Origin: Candidatus Eiseniibacteriota bacterium
GTDB lineage: Bacteria; Eisenbacteria; RBG-16-71-46
Length of the DNA stretch: 64,000 bases
Reading direction: 5' to 3'
Assembly: GCA_031366795.1 (NCBI GenBank)
Contig: JANLOX010000259.1
Coordinates: 220 to 64,219, forward strand
Below the pieces are notes generated by a model. The model ran no database searches. It saw only the letters and a program-made list of their open reading frames with translations, and had not been told where the DNA came from. Shown here piece by piece: positions 48,126-56,168 of the stretch. Position numbers and translations under genes: made by a program. How positions within the stretch are numbered: the stretch's first letter is position 1; each line of letters begins with the position of its first letter.

Positions 48126-49547
48126 GTGCCGGTGGACCTGCTACGCGAGCGGGCGCGCGCGCGCGCCGAGCGGGTATTGCGCGATCATGCCTGGCCGCCC
48201 ACGGTGCTGCCCGCGCTTAACCGCCTGCGCGAAGCCTCGTCGCCAGCATACCTCGTCGGTGGAAGCGTTCGCGATTGCCTTCTCGATCGCGCGGGCGATC
48301 CCACGCTGGATGTTTCCACCAGCCTGACGCCGCCCGAGGTGATGCGGCGGTTCGCGCGCGTGGAACCGATCGGGCTCCAGCACGGCACGGTGCTCGTCGT
48401 CGAGCCGGGGCTGCGCTTCGAGTGCACGACATTCCGCAGGGAGGGTGAGTACGCCGACGCCCGCCACCCTGACCATGTCGCCTTCACCCACGATCCGCTC
48501 GAAGACCTCGCGCGACGGGACTTTACCGTCAATGCCCTGGCGTTCGATCCCGTGGCGGGAACGCTGCTGGATCCGTTCGGCGGCGCACTCGACCTCGAGC
48601 GCGCCGTGTTGCGCGCGGTGGGCGCGGCGGCCGACCGGTTCCACGAGGATGCGTTGCGGCCGCTGCGCGCCGCGCGCTTCGCCTCGACGCTCGAGTTCGA
48701 TCTCGATCCCGCGACCGAAGCAGCCCTGGGGAGCGTCACCGAACGGGCTCGGCTCGTGGCGATGGAGCGCGTGCGTGAGGAGTGGCTCAAGCTCATGGCG
48801 GCGGCCGCGCCCTCACGCGCCATCGAACTGCTCCGGCGCGCGGGCCTGCTTGCGCTGTGGATGCCCGAACTCGACGCCTGCGTGGGTGTCACGCAGAACC
48901 GCTACCACGCCTATGACGTGTACGAGCACAGCCTCAAGACCTGCGACGCGGCACCCCGCGATAAGCCGCGCGTGCGCTGGGCAGCGCTCCTGCACGACAT
49001 CGGCAAGCCACCGACGAAGGTGATGCGCAACGGCGATGCCACGTTCTATGGCCACGAGGAAGTGGGCGCCGAACTGGCGGATCGACTGCTCGAACGATTC
49101 CGCTTCCCGAATGATGAGCGCGACGCAATCGTCCACCTCGTGCGGCAGCACATGTTCGATTACCGCGCCGAGTGGAGCGATGCCGCGATCCGTCGCTGGC
49201 TGCGGCGCGTGGGCATCGATGCGGTTGCCGATTTGTTCGACCTGCGCATCGCGGACGCCATGGGTAATGGAATTAAGATTTCGAGCCCACGGGCGCTCGA
49301 CGAGCTGCATGAGCGCATCCAGCTGCAGCTGGCGCGTGAGGATGCGCTGAGCGTGCGCGACCTCAAGGTTGATGGACGTGACGTGATGGAGGCGCTGGGG
49401 CTGCCGCCGGGCCCGAGTGTGGGAGAGGTGCTCGAGGCGCTGCTCGAACGCGTCCTCGAAAACCCTGAACTCAACCAGCGCGAGCGGTTGTTGACGTTGA
49501 TGCGTGAGCCTGTAGCGACGGGAAATGCTGGAGGCAACGAGACTTGA
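48126..49547 (+). CDS. cca: CCA-adding tRNA nucleotidyltransferase with HD domain
   Basis: AYLVGGSVRD (head-domain motif at 48246) ...DFTVNALA..., C-terminal HD domain (LLHDIGKP). Start is uncertain. ATG 48036 is the longest ATG ORF but would overlap the divergent minus-strand gene. GTG 48126/48132 or TTG ~48177 give an N-terminus of homolog-like length. Confidence 0.75.
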   Translation: MPVDLLRERARARAERVLRDHAWPPTVLPALNRLREASSPAYLVGGSVRDCLLDRAGDPTLDVSTSLTPPEVMRRFARVEPIGLQHGTVLVVEPGLRFECTTFRREGEYADARHPDHVAFTHDPLEDLARRDFTVNALAFDPVAGTLLDPFGGALDLERAVLRAVGAAADRFHEDALRPLRAARFASTLEFDLDPATEAALGSVTERARLVAMERVREEWLKLMAAAAPSRAIELLRRAGLLALWMPELDACVGVTQNRYHAYDVYEHSLKTCDAAPRDKPRVRWAALLHDIGKPPTKVMRNGDATFYGHEEVGAELADRLLERFRFPNDERDAIVHLVRQHMFDYRAEWSDAAIRRWLRRVGIDAVADLFDLRIADAMGNGIKISSPRALDELHERIQLQLAREDALSVRDLKVDGRDVMEALGLPPGPSVGEVLEALLERVLENPELNQRERLLTLMREPVATGNAGGNET

Positions 49548-49585
49548 CACCCTTTCGACAAGCCCCGTACTCTGCTTGCTTCGAC

Positions 49586-50656
49586 ATGTCCGCACCGACC
49601 CTTTCCATTCCTGACCAGGCGCACGCGCCGCTCCCGATCGCTGAAATCCAGAAGCCGGTACGCCGGGAACTGGAGCGCGTTCAAGAGTGCCTCCGTGAGT
49701 CCTTCCGCACACCGATTCCGATCCTGAATCAGGTGGGTGGTTATGTATTGGCGACGCGGGGCAAGAAGTTCCGCCCCACGCTGCTCCTGCTCGTGGCGCG
49801 GCTCAAGGGCGTGGTGAGCCCGGACGCGCTGATCGCCGCGACCGTGGTGGAAATGGTGCATGCGGCAGCACTCATCCACGACGACTCCGTCGACAAGAGC
49901 GACCTGCGCCGCGGGCGCCCGACGGTGAACGGTCTGTGGACGAACGAGATGGCGATCATCATGGGCGATTACCTGTACGCGCAGTCCATGGCGCTGCTGG
50001 TGAGGCACAAGCTGTACTCCGCGATGGATGTGCTGTCGCGCGTGGTCGCCGAGATGTCGTGCGGCGAAGCGCTGGAGTTCCAATACGCCTACGACCTGGA
50101 TGTGACCCAGGAACAGTACGAGGAACTCATCCAGTACAAGACAGGATCACTCATTGGCGCGGCGACGGAAATGGGCGCCGACCTGACCGGCACGCCCGCG
50201 CAGCGGGAGCGCAGTCTGCACTACCGGCGTTTTGGCGATTTGATTGGCGTGGCGTTCCAGATCGTCGATGACCAGCTCGACTACCTGGGCAGTCCCAAGA
50301 TCACGGGCAAGCCGGTGGGTTCGGATCTCGCCGAGGGCAAGGTGACGCTGCCGCTGATCGCGGCGCTGCGCCAGGCCACTGAAGCCGACCGCCGCGTGTT
50401 GAAGCGGCTCGCGCTGCGCAAGCGCTGGACGAAGGCCCAGTGGGTGCAGTTGCTCGAGTTGGTGGAGAAGTGCGGAGGGTTCGAATTCGCGCGGGGAAGA
50501 GCGCTCGAGCTTGCCGCCGAGGCCCGGCAGTTGGTGCTGGCGGATCCCGCCATGTCGCGGACATCGCGGACCAGTGCCGCGCTCTCGCCGTCGCTCAAGT
50601 CGGTGCGCCGCGCGCTGGACCAGGCGGTCGAGTATTCCGTGCAGCGTAATTCGTGA
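49586..50656 (+). CDS. ispB: Polyprenyl diphosphate synthase (octa/hepta/solanesyl-PP synthase, IspB-like)
   Basis: GKKFRP...AALIHDDSVDKSDLRRG (FARM DDxxD) ... FQIVDDQLDY (SARM) ... KPVGSDLAEGKVTLP. ATG 49586 is chosen; TTG 49544 overlapping the cca stop is an alternative. Confidence 0.8.
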   Translation: MSAPTLSIPDQAHAPLPIAEIQKPVRRELERVQECLRESFRTPIPILNQVGGYVLATRGKKFRPTLLLLVARLKGVVSPDALIAATVVEMVHAAALIHDDSVDKSDLRRGRPTVNGLWTNEMAIIMGDYLYAQSMALLVRHKLYSAMDVLSRVVAEMSCGEALEFQYAYDLDVTQEQYEELIQYKTGSLIGAATEMGADLTGTPAQRERSLHYRRFGDLIGVAFQIVDDQLDYLGSPKITGKPVGSDLAEGKVTLPLIAALRQATEADRRVLKRLALRKRWTKAQWVQLLELVEKCGGFEFARGRALELAAEARQLVLADPAMSRTSRTSAALSPSLKSVRRALDQAVEYSVQRNS

Positions 50657-51078
50657 CGGCGCCCAAAGTGACTGCCCCGCGTCGTAACCCGGCTCCCAAG
50701 GCGCCGGTTCCGCCCGACCCGCTCGCACTTCCCGAACCGTTGCGTGTCGCCGTTGAGGCCGCGCTTGCCAAGAAGGCCACGAACCCGCTGGTGCTCGATC
50801 TGCGCGAGTTGCAGGGCGTGTGTGATTACTTCGTGATCGTCTCGGGTTCGAGCGATGTGCAGGTGAAAGCGATCGCTGAGTCTGTCGAGGATCGCCTGCG
50901 CGAAATAGGTCAGCGCGCCTGGCACGTCGAGGGCCTCGAAGGACGCCGCTGGGTCCTGCTGGACTATGTCGAATTCGTCGTGCACGTCTTCCAGGAGAAG
51001 ACGCGCGACTACTACATGCTGGATCGGTTGTGGGGAGATGCGAGGAGCGTGGAACTTGGTCTGGACGGAACTGACTGA
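50653..51078 (+). CDS. rsfS: Ribosomal silencing factor RsfS (Iojap)
   Basis: ...LDLRELQGVCDYFVIVSGSSDVQVKAIAESVEDRL...WVLLDYVEFVVHVFQEKTRDYYMLDRLWGDA is the Iojap/RsfS pattern. GTGA overlap with ispB. Confidence 0.85.
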   Translation: MTAPKVTAPRRNPAPKAPVPPDPLALPEPLRVAVEAALAKKATNPLVLDLRELQGVCDYFVIVSGSSDVQVKAIAESVEDRLREIGQRAWHVEGLEGRRWVLLDYVEFVVHVFQEKTRDYYMLDRLWGDARSVELGLDGTD

Positions 51079-52780
51079 GATCGTCGCCTTAGGCCTCAAG
51101 GGCGCCGGAATCTACACGGATGAACGGTTGGGCCGCCTCGAGTTGGCGATCCCGCGTGATGCGTCACACGGTGATTGGACGACGAACCTGTCCTTGCTGC
51201 TGTCGAAAGGGGTCGGTCGCGCGCCGCGCGCCATCGCCGAATCGCTACGCGACAGCATGCGGCTCGAGGGCACTTCGTTCGACCGCGTCGACGTTGCCGG
51301 CCCGGGGTTCCTGAACTTCCACTACCGCGATGAGACGATTGCCCGGTTGCCGGAGCGCATTGTCGCCGCGGGCTCAGGCTTCGGCGCCTCGGACCAGGGC
51401 CACGGCGAGTCGGTGCTGGTCGAGTACGTCAGCGCCAATCCCACCGGACCGCTCAACGTGGTCAGCGCGCGCGCGGCGGCCGTGGGAGCGGCTTTGGTGC
51501 GCCTGCTGAACGCCACGGGCTTCAAAGCCGAAGGCGAGTTCTACGTCAACGATGCCGGCAACCAGGTCGACCTGCTTGGCGAGTCCGTCGCCGCCCGCTT
51601 CGCCGAGGCGCACGGGATCGCGCGGGCGTTTCCCGAGAACGGTTATCGCGGCGAGTACCTGCGTGATGTCGCAGCAGCCTTGCCCGAGATGGCCGCACGG
51701 GCCCAGCTCGAGCTGCCTGCTGGGGCAGGTTGGTTCCGCGACCAGGCGCTGGCGTTGATGCTCGCCTGGCAACGCAAGGATCTTGGTGACTACGGTGCGG
51801 AATTCGCGCGTTGGTTCCTCGAGTCGACGCTGCACCAATCGGGCGCCGTGGCGGAGACGCTTAAGGCGCTGGAATCGCGCGGCGTGGTGTACCGCTCGGT
51901 GCACCCGGAGTCGGGTTACGAACGCGAAGCAGATGCGCCCGCGGCCGCCGAGGAATCGGCGGCGTTGTGGTTGCGTGCGTCGCAATTCGGCGACTCGCAG
52001 GATCGCGTGGTCGTGCGCAGCAACGGCGCGCCGACGTACTTGCTGCCGGATACCGCTTACCACCGGGACAAGCGCGCGCGCGGCTTCCGCAGGGCGATCA
52101 ACTTGTGGGGGCCCGATCACCACGCCTACGTGAAGACATTGAGCGCCGCCCTCAAGGCGCTCGGGCTTCCGGACGACTTCCTCGAGGTGCTGATCGTGCA
52201 GCAGGTCAACCTGATGCGCAGCGGCAAGGCGCTCGACATGAGCAAGCGCATGGGCCAGTTCATCACCTTGCGCGAGTTGATGGACGATGTCGGCGCCGAC
52301 AGCGCCAAGTTCTCGTTCCTGATGCGCTCCACCAGCGCGCACTTGGATTTCGACCTCGACCTGGTCAAGCAGCAGAACGATGAAAACCCCGCGTTTTACG
52401 TGCAGTACGCGCATGCGCGCATCGCCTCGGTGATCCGCTATGCGGCCGAGCGCGGGCTGGCGCCGGCGCACGCGGCGACGCTGCGTTACGCGGCGCCGGA
52501 AGAGCGCGCGCTGGTGCGCAAGCTGGCGGCATTCCCTGAAGTGGTTCGGGGTGCCGCGGACATGCGCGAGCCGCACCGTGTGCCCAACTACCTGATCGAG
52601 ACCTCGGCCGAGTTCCACCGCTTCTACCACGCCTGCCGCGTCGTCTCGGATGACGTGGCGCAATCGCGGGACCGCTTGTTACTCGCCGAGGCTACGCGCG
52701 TAACCCTGGCGAATGGCCTCGCCTTGATGGGCGTTGCGGCCCCCGAGCGCATGGAACGCGAAACGGAGCCCGTGGCGTGA
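51038..52780 (+). CDS. argS: Arginine--tRNA ligase
   Basis: ...VEYVSANPTGPLNVVSARAAAVG (HIGH-class region) ...GPDHHAYV... KMSKRMGQFITLREL (KMSK) ... DALR-domain C-terminus. The ATG 51038 start would overlap rsfS by 41 bp; TTG 51053 is an alternative. Confidence 0.85.
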   Translation: MRGAWNLVWTELTEIVALGLKGAGIYTDERLGRLELAIPRDASHGDWTTNLSLLLSKGVGRAPRAIAESLRDSMRLEGTSFDRVDVAGPGFLNFHYRDETIARLPERIVAAGSGFGASDQGHGESVLVEYVSANPTGPLNVVSARAAAVGAALVRLLNATGFKAEGEFYVNDAGNQVDLLGESVAARFAEAHGIARAFPENGYRGEYLRDVAAALPEMAARAQLELPAGAGWFRDQALALMLAWQRKDLGDYGAEFARWFLESTLHQSGAVAETLKALESRGVVYRSVHPESGYEREADAPAAAEESAALWLRASQFGDSQDRVVVRSNGAPTYLLPDTAYHRDKRARGFRRAINLWGPDHHAYVKTLSAALKALGLPDDFLEVLIVQQVNLMRSGKALDMSKRMGQFITLRELMDDVGADSAKFSFLMRSTSAHLDFDLDLVKQQNDENPAFYVQYAHARIASVIRYAAERGLAPAHAATLRYAAPEERALVRKLAAFPEVVRGAADMREPHRVPNYLIETSAEFHRFYHACRVVSDDVAQSRDRLLLAEATRVTLANGLALMGVAAPERMERETEPVA

Positions 52781-53715
52781 CCGCGTCCCCGATTCTGGTC
52801 GTGGGTTCGGTGGCGCTCGATTCCATACGCACACCCTTCGGCGAAGCCATCGACGCGCTGGGCGGTTCGGCCTCGTATTTTTCGGTGTCGGCCAGCCAGT
52901 TCGCGCCGGTGCGGCTCGTGGCGGTGGTGGGCGAGGACTTCCCACCCGAATCACGCGCGCTGCTCGAGTCGCGAGGCATCGACCTGAGCGGACTCGAGAC
53001 GGCGAAGGGACGCACCTTCCGCTGGCGCGGGGAGTATGCGGCCGAGCTGGGTCATGCGCACACGCTCGAAACGCAGTTGAATGTGTTCTCGACGTTCCAT
53101 CCGCATCTCGACGACCAGCACCGGCGCACGCCGTACGTGTTCCTCGCGAACATCGATCCCGACCTGCAGCTCGAAGTGTTGCGCCAGATTCCGCGCCCGT
53201 TGCTGTCGCTGTCGGACACTATGAACTACTGGATCGCGCGCAAACCGGATCGCGTGCTCGAAGTGCTGCGCGAAGTGGACGTGGCCCTGCTGAACGAGGA
53301 AGAAGCGCGCGCGCTGGCGGGAGAAACGCAGCTCACGCGCGCGGCGGACCGTCTGCTCGACCAGGGCGCGCGGGCCGTCATCATCAAGAAGGGCGAGCAC
53401 GGCGCCCTTTACCAGTCCCGTGAGGAACGCTTCATCACACCCGCCTTCCCGGTGGTGGACCTGACCGATCCGACCGGCGCCGGGGACTCGTTCGCCGGCG
53501 GCTTCATCGGCTGGCTGGCCCGCTGCGGGGCCCGCGACGGCAATGCCCTGCGGCAGGCGCTGGCGTGCGGCGCGACCATGGCCTCGCTGGCCATCGAGGG
53601 CTTCAGCCCACAGCGGCTGGCCGAGGCGAGCCCCGAGGACATCACCGCGCGCCTGACGACGCTCCACGGGATGATGCATTTCGACTTGCAGGACCCCTTC
53701 GCCGCGAAGGCCTGA
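52777..53715 (+). CDS. PfkB-family carbohydrate/nucleoside kinase
   Basis: ILVVGSVALDSI...GGSASYFSV... DPTGAGDSFAGGFIGWL is the ribokinase/PfkB anion-hole motif. GTGA overlap with argS. Confidence 0.8.
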   Translation: MTASPILVVGSVALDSIRTPFGEAIDALGGSASYFSVSASQFAPVRLVAVVGEDFPPESRALLESRGIDLSGLETAKGRTFRWRGEYAAELGHAHTLETQLNVFSTFHPHLDDQHRRTPYVFLANIDPDLQLEVLRQIPRPLLSLSDTMNYWIARKPDRVLEVLREVDVALLNEEEARALAGETQLTRAADRLLDQGARAVIIKKGEHGALYQSREERFITPAFPVVDLTDPTGAGDSFAGGFIGWLARCGARDGNALRQALACGATMASLAIEGFSPQRLAEASPEDITARLTTLHGMMHFDLQDPFAAKA

Positions 53716-53830
53716 CGGCCTGCCGCATGGGGAGCTTGAGCACTTACCCGGCGCGCTTGTTCATGTGTTAGGGTTGACGATGCACGGATCATGCGACCTT
53801 GTATGCATTTGCATCTTAGGAGACACACCA

Positions 53831-54604
53831 ATGGACGCCGCCCGCGCAGGTTGGATGAGCCAGGCCGAAGCCGCATTGATGAGCCTTCGCGACGTGGAAG
53901 GCGCGGTCATCCATGCCCAAGGTGACGAGATCCGCGAGATCCACATCGTCACCTCGTCGAACCGCCCCGCGAAGCAGATCGTGCGCGACGTCGAAACGCT
54001 GCTCGCTGCGCGCTTCCATCGTGTGATCAACCACAAGGTGGTCTCGATTGCCTTCACCGGGCATCCCGTCGGCGCTGCCGCGCCGGTTGCGCCCCCCGAA
54101 CCAGCGCCCGCGCACGAGCAGGCGGCGGTCCCCGCGCCGGCTGCCACGGCGGCGCCTGCGGCCTCCCCCGAGCTCGCGGATACGCGCATCCGTTTCAGGG
54201 CCGCGAATGTATTCGTCAATGGGACGCGCGTGCAGGCGCAAGTGGACTTCCAGTGGAAGGGATTGCCGCGTTCGGGCACGGCCGCGGGACACGGCACGCG
54301 CGACGCGGGCCAGCGCCTCGTGGCGCAGGCGGTCCTCCAGGGCATCCAGGACTTCCTCGAGGAGGATCTCGCGTTGTCACTGGATGGCGTTGAATTGGCG
54401 CGCGTCGGGGGACGGGAGGTCGCCGTGGTCACCGTTCAGCTGGTGGCGCACCGTGAGCACAAGAGCCTTGTAGGATGTTGCACGGTGGAGCAGGATGTCC
54501 CCCAGGCGGTCGCTCTGGCGACTTTGGCTGCGGTCAACCGGGTCCTGGGAGGCCTGCCGACCCGCGAGCCCGTCGAATACGTTTTGCGACCGACATCGTT
54601 GTAG
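53831..54604 (+). CDS. Hypothetical protein with two related domains joined by a Pro/Ala-rich linker
   Basis: ATG 53831 lies 7 nt after AGGAGA. Domain 1 (~aa 15-80: LRDVEGAVIHAQGDEIREIHIVTSS...VETLLAARFHRV) and domain 2 (~aa 150-255: LSLDGVELARVGGREVAVVTVQLVAH...ATLAAVNRV) share a weak common pattern. The linker is PVGAAAPVAPPEPAPAHEQAAVPAPAATAAPAASP. No family recognised. Confidence 0.5.
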   Translation: MDAARAGWMSQAEAALMSLRDVEGAVIHAQGDEIREIHIVTSSNRPAKQIVRDVETLLAARFHRVINHKVVSIAFTGHPVGAAAPVAPPEPAPAHEQAAVPAPAATAAPAASPELADTRIRFRAANVFVNGTRVQAQVDFQWKGLPRSGTAAGHGTRDAGQRLVAQAVLQGIQDFLEEDLALSLDGVELARVGGREVAVVTVQLVAHREHKSLVGCCTVEQDVPQAVALATLAAVNRVLGGLPTREPVEYVLRPTSL

Positions 54605-54608
54605 GAGG

Positions 54609-54646
54609 CTAGCGAAGCGGGATCACTAGGTAGCGAAGCGGACTCA
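54609..54646 (+). repeat. Tandem 17-bp direct repeat (TAGCGAAGCGGGATCAC / TAGCGAAGCGGACTCAC) in the intergenic region upstream of the HD-GYP gene
   Basis: Two copies at 54609-54625 and 54630-54646, 15/17 identical, 4-nt spacer. Begins 5 nt after the stop of the upstream gene. Confidence 0.35.
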
Positions 54647-54785
54647 CCGAAACATCCGTTGTGTTCCGGAATCCCTCATGAAGGAGGTGGAGTTCGTGGA
54701 TCTTATCCTGGTTCTCGTGAATTTCTTCGGTCAGGCCGGCTGGTAGTTTGCTTCAGTAGCATGAAATTTTAAGCCCCCGAAGGCG

Positions 54786-56168
54786 ATGTCGGTTTCCTTT
54801 CCTCTCCCATGCCGCAAGGGAATGCGCCCGCAAAACACTCCGCAATCCTTGAAGATCACCCTCCGCGCCCCGAGGCGCTTCGCCCTGTACTACGCCAGCC
54901 TGAGCCTCGTGGCCTTAGGCCTGGTCGCGCAGGCGGTGCCCGGGCTGACCACTCCACCGTGGTTCACGGTGGGGCTCGTGTGGGCGCTGATGTTGGCCAG
55001 CGAATTGAGCCCCATCACGCTCCCGAGCGGCGGCTACGAAAGCGCGAGCGCGGTGTTCGACCTGCCCAGCCTCGTCATCCTGGGGCCCGCCTACACGGCA
55101 TTGCTCGACGTTCTGAGTGCCGTGTTCGTGCAGGGACTGGTGCAACGCAAGCCCCCGCTCAAGATCGGCTTCAACATCGCGTGCTTCATCGTCACCGATT
55201 TTGCCGCGGGCTACGCTTTTCAGGCCGCCGGCGGCCACGTGGGGCAACTGAGGTTGCCGCAGGACGTCTTGCCGCTGCTCGCCAGCGGCGGCGTCTACTT
55301 CGCGCTCAACTCAAGCCTCGTCTCGACGGTGATTGGCTTCTCCGCGGGGCCAAGTCCCTGGCGCGTGTGGCAGCGTAATTTCCAGGCCGGGCTGCTGCAT
55401 CACCTGTCATTTATCGCACTCGGCGCGCTGGTGGCGGTGACCTACTTCGGCGCGGGGCCGTGGGCCCTGGTGCTGTTCGCGATTCCGTTCCTCGTGGCGC
55501 GACAGGCGTTCCAGCTGTACATGGAGATCCGCTCCGACTTGAAGGACTTCGTGCGCGCGCTCACCGAGGTGTTGGACGAGATCGATCCTTATACGCGTCA
55601 TCACTCGATGCGTGTCGCGGAATACAGCGTGCGCCTGGCGCGCGCGCTGCGGCTGCCGGAGCTCGATGTCGAGGAGGTCGAATACGCGGCGCTCGTGCAT
55701 GACCTTGGCAAGATTGGACCTGAGCACCAGCGCATCGTGCAGACGCCGGGAGGGCTGTCCCCGGAAGAACAACGCACGCTGCGCGCACACCCGGCCGCCG
55801 GTGCGGCGATCGTGTCGAAGGTGCGGGCGCTGCGGCGCGCCGCTGAAATCGTGCGCAGCCACCACGAGCAACCCGATGGCCGTGGTTACCCCTACGGATT
55901 GCGCGGCGAGGATGTGCCGGTGGGGGCGAGGATCCTGAAAGTCTCGGACGCCTTTGACGCCATGACGTCGGACCGGCCGTACCGGCGCGCGCTGTCGTTG
56001 GGACAAGCGCTCAACGAGATCGAGCGCGGGGCCGGCTCGCAGTTCGATACCCGCGTCGTCGAGTGCCTCGTGCGTCTGCATCACGGAGGGCGTTTCCCGC
56101 TGCTCCCGAGCCCGAGCAGCGAGGATCTCCAACTACTCAAGGGACGCGCCTCGGGGGCGCACGCGTGA
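54786..56168 (+). CDS. Membrane-anchored HD-GYP domain protein (putative c-di-GMP phosphodiesterase or signalling protein)
   Basis: N-terminal ~250 aa holds 6-7 TM helices. C-terminal HD domain (HHSMRVAEYS ... VHDLGKI ... HHEQPDGRGYPYGL) carries the HD and GYP signatures. ATG 54822 is an alternative start. Confidence 0.8.
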   Translation: MSVSFPLPCRKGMRPQNTPQSLKITLRAPRRFALYYASLSLVALGLVAQAVPGLTTPPWFTVGLVWALMLASELSPITLPSGGYESASAVFDLPSLVILGPAYTALLDVLSAVFVQGLVQRKPPLKIGFNIACFIVTDFAAGYAFQAAGGHVGQLRLPQDVLPLLASGGVYFALNSSLVSTVIGFSAGPSPWRVWQRNFQAGLLHHLSFIALGALVAVTYFGAGPWALVLFAIPFLVARQAFQLYMEIRSDLKDFVRALTEVLDEIDPYTRHHSMRVAEYSVRLARALRLPELDVEEVEYAALVHDLGKIGPEHQRIVQTPGGLSPEEQRTLRAHPAAGAAIVSKVRALRRAAEIVRSHHEQPDGRGYPYGLRGEDVPVGARILKVSDAFDAMTSDRPYRRALSLGQALNEIERGAGSQFDTRVVECLVRLHHGGRFPLLPSPSSEDLQLLKGRASGAHA

